Shown: positions 25,301 through 28,005 of the stretch, piece after piece | Position numbering within the stretch: the first letter of the stretch is position 1 | How the letters are laid out: every line of letters starts with the position of its first letter | IMG/VR virus record: IMGVR_UViG_3300048802_000008 | Coordinates: 1 to 28,005 of that record | DNA from: a virus | Lineage: Duplodnaviria > Caudoviricetes | Reading direction: 5' to 3' (one strand) | Length of the DNA stretch: 28,005 nt | Position numbers and translations under genes: made by a program | Notes under the pieces: model-generated | What the model saw: only the letters and a program-made list of their open reading frames with translations | Told to the model about the DNA's origin: nothing | Database searches by the model: none

Positions 25301-27759
25301 TCCTGTTTTGCCACTTGATTTGAGGCTTTCGTCTCACCTTCAGCCGCTTTCGTCTCAGGCTTCGGCTGCTCCGTCTCAACGTCTTCCGCTTTCAGCTCGA
25401 CCGGCTTCTGCTCGGCTGCCGGTGCGCCCCCCTTTCCCAGTGCGTCCAGCGCGGCCTGAGCGCCAGTCTTCGAACGCGCCGCCTTGCGAATGTCAGCAGA
25501 CTCGATCTCCTTGGAGTGGTAGTAGGTGCCGCTGAAGGGTCCTGCGCCCTTCACTTGCGTCCGGGTAAGATGCTCCACTCCGGCCGGCTTGAACTCGGAC
25601 CCGGCAGGAACATGAAGAAAGGGATGCTCGCCTTTGCCGACAGCATCTGCCCAGCGTTGCAACTCTTCTCGACTCTGGCCCGGCGCGGCTGGTGTGCCCA
25701 TCATCCCGGCTTGCGCGTGATCCTCTTGCCGGTTGGCGCGCCGCTGAATCTCCTGCTCGACCATCCGCTTGCGAACCCCGGCAGTCACGGTTGCAGTCCT
25801 GCGGATCAGCGCGTCAAGTTGCTCCGAGGTCGAATCCATTGGGGCCGCGCCCAGCACCATAGAAGCCTTGCGAACTGCGGGCGTATCCGGGATTTCCACC
25901 GGCTCTGTGGAAGTTGTGGATTTCGAGGCTGTCTTTTCACCTTCTGGGGCGATGGCTTGGTCACGTTCCTCCTGAGCTTGCTTGGCGCTCTCCTGGCGCT
26001 CTTGGATGGCCGTCTGCTGAGCGTCCTGCTGGGCCTTGGCCTGTTCGGTCTGCCGGTCTACCTCATCGTTGATGATCTTCACAGCAACGGTCTGAGCGGC
26101 CTTCTGGCTATCGACGTTGACCACCTTGCCGTCAGGACCAATGGCCGTCTTCTGGCCGAAGAGCCATTTGGCGAGGTTGCCGGTGGCTTCGAGGATGGCA
26201 GTTGGGCGTAGTTTTGGTGGAAGTGCCTGAATCGCCGCTCCGGCTTTGTCTACAGTGTCCTGCGTCAGAAGTCCATCATCCATTCCGGCAGGCTTCGGCA
26301 TCTGCATTGAGCCGGGGTCTCCTGGCTTTGGAGGAGGCGGTGGGGGCGGCGCAAGGCCGGCAATCTGGGCGGCTTGGTGGTCAATGCTGGCGGCGCTGGC
26401 CGCTATCTCGGTGATCGTCTGGGATTGAGCCTTTTGCTGGAGAGCAACTGCATCCGGCGGCGCGGGCGGAGCAGGGCGCGGAAGGCCGGCGGAAGCGAAC
26501 ATCTGGCCCACGACTTGCTGTGCTTGCGCAGGACTCGTGATCGGAATTGGCTTCCCGCTCATTCCGAGAATGCTACCCTTGGCGATAGCTTGCTGGATGG
26601 TCTGCTCGTGCGCTTGGATGGTGAGCTGCTCCCGCATCTCGGCTGGCGCGTTCTGAACCAATCCTGCAATCTGCGCAACGAGTTTCGGGGTTACCGTTCC
26701 AGCCGGGTCACTGGACTGGAGATAGAACTTCGGAGCGCCTCCCGCGCTGGGCGATGGCGGCGGCCCGCTGGGAGTTTGCGGCGCAGAGGATGACGGCGCT
26801 TCTGGCTCACCGGGTAGTCCTGTCGTCGGCCCTTGGCTGCTGAAATCCACGTTGGGGTTGCTGCGCGGTTTGGCCCAGCCAAATTTGAAAGGTCCAACCT
26901 GGCCAGCCACGCCCACGGCATCAGGACTCGTCGCGGCCACTCCTTGAACTCTTCCTCCAAAGGCTGAAGCGCGCACTCGGCTGGTGGCTCCTTGTTGCTC
27001 TGTACTCAACTCCAATCCAATTGCCGTGTGATAAGCCATCGGAGCAAAGAATCCTATCGCATTGGCGAACTCGACTTCATCTGGCGTGAGATTCAGTTTT
27101 TGAGCAACTGCTTTCGCTCCGGCACCCGTAGCCAATCCCTCTGCATAGCCGATGGCCATTCTGATCGGAGATTTAGCGATTGCCACTCCCATCGGAATAG
27201 TTGCCGCTTCGGCTAATCCGCTGAGCGTCTCTGTCCCGCCGCGGGCGGCCTTACTCCAATCCCCAGCACGGATACCGGATGCGGTTGTGCCAAGTCCCTC
27301 CCCAGTCTTATATGCTCCCACCGGAACGGATGCGAGTATCGGATCGGCCGCCTCCAAAGCTTGCTGATCGGAGGGATGTTGGGCGACTTGCAGTTGAGCG
27401 TTTTGCTCTTCCGCGCTCTCAGGACCATGTACAAACTGACGGACAGCGTTCACCGCGCGCTGGTCACGAGCCACCTGAGCAGACGATGGCGGCGCTGGCA
27501 TACCGCTCAACACGTCCATCACGGATGCTTTTTCGACTGGCTGATACGGCCTATTGCCAGCGGCCTGAAGTGGAGTCTGCATCCCTGGAACAGCGCCAGC
27601 CACATTGCTCATGTCATTGGCATACGGGTTGACAGGACCATGCTGCTGGCCTTCAACTTCAACATCGGAAGAAGAAAGGGATGGCGTCTGGTCTCCACTG
27701 GATTGTGGAGGCGCGAGTTCTACATCTGTCGAGGACAGATTGACCGGTGAAGTGCCCAT
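16372..27759 (-). CDS. Giant (3795 aa) DarB-like polyvalent protein: N6-adenine MTase plus strawberry-notch SF2 helicase, probably a virion-injected protein
   Basis: MTase: QAYSTPLPLA, VYEPTAGNGALL (~23300), VVANPPFG (~23135). Helicase: ADQTGVGKGR (~22110), ILDESHN (~21740), LSATWAKRP, EITGR, GISLHA, QMLGRINRTGQ (~20575). ParB-like IEGIHRL (~23790). Pro/Ala-rich N-terminus. Confidence 0.88.
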   Translation of the reverse strand: MGTSPVNLSSTDVELAPPQSSGDQTPSLSSSDVEVEGQQHGPVNPYANDMSNVAGAVPGMQTPLQAAGNRPYQPVEKASVMDVLSGMPAPPSSAQVARDQRAVNAVRQFVHGPESAEEQNAQLQVAQHPSDQQALEAADPILASVPVGAYKTGEGLGTTASGIRAGDWSKAARGGTETLSGLAEAATIPMGVAIAKSPIRMAIGYAEGLATGAGAKAVAQKLNLTPDEVEFANAIGFFAPMAYHTAIGLELSTEQQGATSRVRASAFGGRVQGVAATSPDAVGVAGQVGPFKFGWAKPRSNPNVDFSSQGPTTGLPGEPEAPSSSAPQTPSGPPPSPSAGGAPKFYLQSSDPAGTVTPKLVAQIAGLVQNAPAEMREQLTIQAHEQTIQQAIAKGSILGMSGKPIPITSPAQAQQVVGQMFASAGLPRPAPPAPPDAVALQQKAQSQTITEIAASAASIDHQAAQIAGLAPPPPPPPKPGDPGSMQMPKPAGMDDGLLTQDTVDKAGAAIQALPPKLRPTAILEATGNLAKWLFGQKTAIGPDGKVVNVDSQKAAQTVAVKIINDEVDRQTEQAKAQQDAQQTAIQERQESAKQAQEERDQAIAPEGEKTASKSTTSTEPVEIPDTPAVRKASMVLGAAPMDSTSEQLDALIRRTATVTAGVRKRMVEQEIQRRANRQEDHAQAGMMGTPAAPGQSREELQRWADAVGKGEHPFLHVPAGSEFKPAGVEHLTRTQVKGAGPFSGTYYHSKEIESADIRKAARSKTGAQAALDALGKGGAPAAEQKPVELKAEDVETEQPKPETKAAEGETKASNQVAKQEVSGESKEVKRGEVGMMLAAGEVVLTATGRKTTPFPKIDNDSNRKAGNTVKRVDQWLMDNAIAEARARGDEFNLRQFEANRDKPSQSDKDSAEMYLFDKESVQPIPKSILKPITLPPEAATGLTALVDDHASTDPTATLDDVLRHKDTGNFIAQALVNDGIITNSAENVNAKTGLLTTSAKAKVGDALLGELLPPEVIEQTPDFLKQKLLGTMGAIKGILSAGDGWNLQEQIVAATERYDQIFRGQDTYEQGPVVEAILKKLDDPIDKVRSAFSSFAVAATNHDPSDKPFFDFNLAFGTELTEEQFKAGLKPVEKPAAAEPEVKDFGEFLKEQEAERKALKKGDKVTYRTNKGKERTGEVAWTDGKKVRITDGGSTVNKNIEDVKPIASPAETPKTSSSPGTGLEKVDLLYPQIYSEEIEGLRILAPDPKDVKSAVDQLDDDAFRLPGVRQVPVSAFPQTIFDYPGNKARDRQLWEEFQESGEITPIVATVDLTDPSRIESIEGIHRLGAFARNGKKTIPVVLFSGLPPEKQVEAKPEPAADATLVDALQLKFEHGAGPKNYNDLKKIVTEFDGSEPDQIRMKEAQEAYEAMLNRIASEMILKGRYGRGSGVYEALVGLYEGQPNLSIRTSTSIANQAYSTPLPLAFIADSFAGITWNTTTVYEPTAGNGALLIAANPKMTQANELNPARAATLQDEGFTVTQHDATIWSPVERVDAVVANPPFGPLAGPVKVDGYNVVKLDHLIVAKALGAMKDAGKAAIIIAAGDREKPGEITNQVRPFFNWLYAHYNVVSDFELDGDLYSRQGASFPVRLIAIDGRVRSAKVSPDAAAIQRLKTWGEVYDKAAEHLGTNLAGKRPANDVAGGPVRDESADTGAVSRTATGPNRPTDSGQPDTSEAGTGSSGNVVRGGVGPISHSGRVPSFAVGSADSTTRPDGDIAFSDRLAEGQPAPRTVRREPAKPDGHSANALADESNQFQATFKPMSEKKDVGIMAPKALVDPMLRAMEVVHEEVGDLDQFVTDQLGYSSVEEMHEAFMGIQTDAIAAAIYQMQRSKALIVADQTGVGKGRVAAAMIRWADLHGHLPIFVTEKANLFSDMYRDLKNIGSGQTITPLLFNADASITDSSTGTKIFRNSGAMRPVLDRIRETGELPKGSNAVFLTYSQINKEDNRQQQTLQRIASNAIFILDESHNAGGDSNTGDFLTELTTASKGVVFLSATWAKRPDNLPLYAGMTDISIAIPDRDLVASAITAGGAPLQAVLTSLLAQTGQFVRRERSFDGIEFKNQTDEAGKAKATRISDQVTEILRAIMKADKMFHNLDFARIVTEAKAAGKSAGSKGLTVSHMEFSSTVHNLVRQLLLALKCDDSIVQIVAAIERGERPIYALENTAGSFLEEYIDGNNLAEDDLLPGLDYSRVTDRTLMRTRYYNETGLEGDKRRVTVPLSDLSPAVREAYDEAQDLIDALKVDLPVSPIDYIRNGVTKAGYKIAEITGREWAIDYSGEIPKLTKVPGIERKDRVNTQMQFNNGGLDALLINRAAAAGISLHASHDFRDVRPRHMIVGQPAADVNVVIQMLGRINRTGQVALPLYTMLASALPAEQRPQMNLAKKMKSLNANVSSNTRAATSVQAVDLMNKYGDKIVAQYLFDNPDMSRMLGLSADTNEQGQAGANEGLAMKATGHSALLPVAQQQEFMDSISEAYTNYIDFLDETGQNDLEPRTYDFAARETHIERMYQGVDPSSPFGQDAHYGEYSIKRQGKPFTPEEVMEKIAETFGPDAMKLPPRERDTLAARALDDHFEAMYKTYLAGLTHQGTVDRAQQMRTRGRQLLNDYRVGVGVHVDINGEGYNGVITNIEGAKKPSGNPYAPSALQFTIAVNSGLRQTKVPGSQMDSLATSNLGRNADVRQLFKGYGGDRQKAKIITGNLLGAYGELKAGSKGRIISFTMDDGTTKLGIQMPSKFDIKEDVSGTYAMRTPEGAKSFLETGDQYLQSSGSEIGITGPSNRREGFEIRTKKSKSASGKFFLDPKLLDMVQGGEFASSGGLMRATVKEGRELDALKAIMGKIALYANPSHVDEARTHDEKAKAELDKPKSPSRFKDLMKGEEGSFAPLASFAAIGRYAKKAAVGTWKEALGAVKSTGKSAKAMGHEVAAAFAPGAVADTDALDIMGKALGEPALRLFEAGQFLQSISQMLDKLSPDDRVEFVDRWQRGVEQPTQDLQHAQEFMQTVLSQQRIREQEAVNLGKRRTQQVELSDKANYFPNRYKVAPGGEKELTEDQQIARLGQVSRRPFEGSKAFMKQQRYTLKEAVADGAEPLGNPVEMLLRRLQEGAKFVAARYAWYNFKDQGLAMFLKGSKKLPKDYAYVDDKSGNVWRMVQSIDGDTFPVQTGRWVIQKDAARLLNNYLSVDHIKGSEVLSAFVKLKNFSTEMKLAISAFHWAYITVENMASVLNTGMDKVVNQGIRGLDPTKVSAGLADIAMAMIAPYTAIKRGGQTIQYARNPDEFLESPEGKKFAERYPDFPHLMELLFSGGLRWNIAQQFQGSFGDHCLDAWKDGEIGKGLLKFLPWLSHGLMTPLFNHYIPRSKWAFAVELLSTKLAQYSYAIASGEKTEEEIAREVAQTTDNRFGELNWDSLYLNNDLKSAAQFFFRSATWALGSWRGAVQGVKEQTSSKMFDDKMFEKMDAQAKKGDWLSQARRATSRLPQLGVNAGWILSMALLTSTLGSVTEKLATGKYPWQWAQQDSEVNGMSVATNAAMEAMHPRTGPVNEHGEPIRMSWPTGLKDYEHGFENPKNYAKGKVSDVAINAWNTMANSDWNGDYVYDPNAPLYKEMWQGLKYNVVGDLTPMSADNWLRTYGPQDTASKVLRFTGMIGGAPKSLDRSHALTQALELNAVRHPHTPLTPDQQVERDYSREHPTQHSIRAAARARNLDYLERVFKFELSYTDAKAVYEDPKTTAAEREQLKPFLNAKRINAIKSARRK

Positions 27760-27762
27760 AAG

Positions 27763-28005
27763 CTATTGTGCTCCAACAATCAATTTCCCCGTCTGAGGAT
27801 TGATTCCTTTGACGACTGCCGGCTTTCCGTTGACCATGACGGTCTGACCGGGCGTGAAGGTCTGCCCTTTATATTGGAAGGCCTGCGGCGGCGCAGCGGC
27901 GCGCGGCTGTTGTACAGGCGCTTGTGCGGCACTTGCGGCAGGACTCGCCACCGGCTGCCCATCCACGCTCCAGTTGAACTTGTCGTCGATGACGTGATGG
28001 GGCTG
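27763..28005 (-). CDS. C-terminal end of an upstream (probably virion) gene, truncated by the window edge
   Basis: Frame is open from 28005 (QPHHVIDDKFNWSVDGQP...) to the stop at 27763, with a 3-nt gap before the giant ORF start. Confidence 0.65.
   Translation of the reverse strand, partial: QPHHVIDDKFNWSVDGQPVASPAASAAQAPVQQPRAAAPPQAFQYKGQTFTPGQTVMVNGKPAVVKGINPQTGKLIVGAQ

Larger units (their letters stand above)
117..27946. repeat. Dispersed over-represented motif GAGTCCTG(C/T) / (G/A)CAGGACTC
   Basis: Manual count of exact 8-mers. + strand: 117, 1743, 1944, 2766, 4786, 5910, 7090, 8528, 9634, 12774, 13251, 14231, 16972, 17893, 18570, 19885, 24373, 24934. - strand: 2301, 3153, 5233, 6138, 7702, 7999, 9452, 10908, 12479, 13796, 23169, 24132, 26529, 26922, 27939. 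Confidence 0.92.

Noticed and set aside
117-27946. Dispersed motif as tRNA T-arm-derived att sites, CRISPR repeats or CcrM-type GANTC sites
   Set aside because: Copies lack the upstream GGTTC, are only 8-9 bp, are irregularly spaced and sit inside intact genes. Many variants keep GTCCTG but lose GANTC.

Overview
This window looks like part of a tailed dsDNA phage (or prophage) genome with two convergent modules. The + strand arm (1-13793) covers recombination, replication and accessory functions: a partial nuclease-like gene, an HNH-AP2 homing endonuclease, an SbcC/Rad50-like ATPase, an ASCH protein, HNH proteins, an initiator-like/loader-like pair, a divergent DnaB, a DUF5664-like protein, an N4/N6 DNA methyltransferase, a groES-groEL pair and a DUF2829 (Tad2-like) fusion. 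The - strand arm (13802-28005) encodes a 3795-aa DarB-like MTase/strawberry-notch helicase polyprotein, a probable small terminase, and a large terminase split into separate ATPase and nuclease genes. The strongest unexplained signal is a non-palindromic motif, GAGTCCTG(C/T). I count at least 33 exact 8-mer copies by hand, against about 1 expected. They lie on both strands and in several reading frames, with many near-matches. A second notable element is a C4/CI-like antisense RNA switch (a TTGGCGG loop with CCGCCAA targets) ahead of the replication genes. All functional calls come from recognising motifs by eye; no searches were run.
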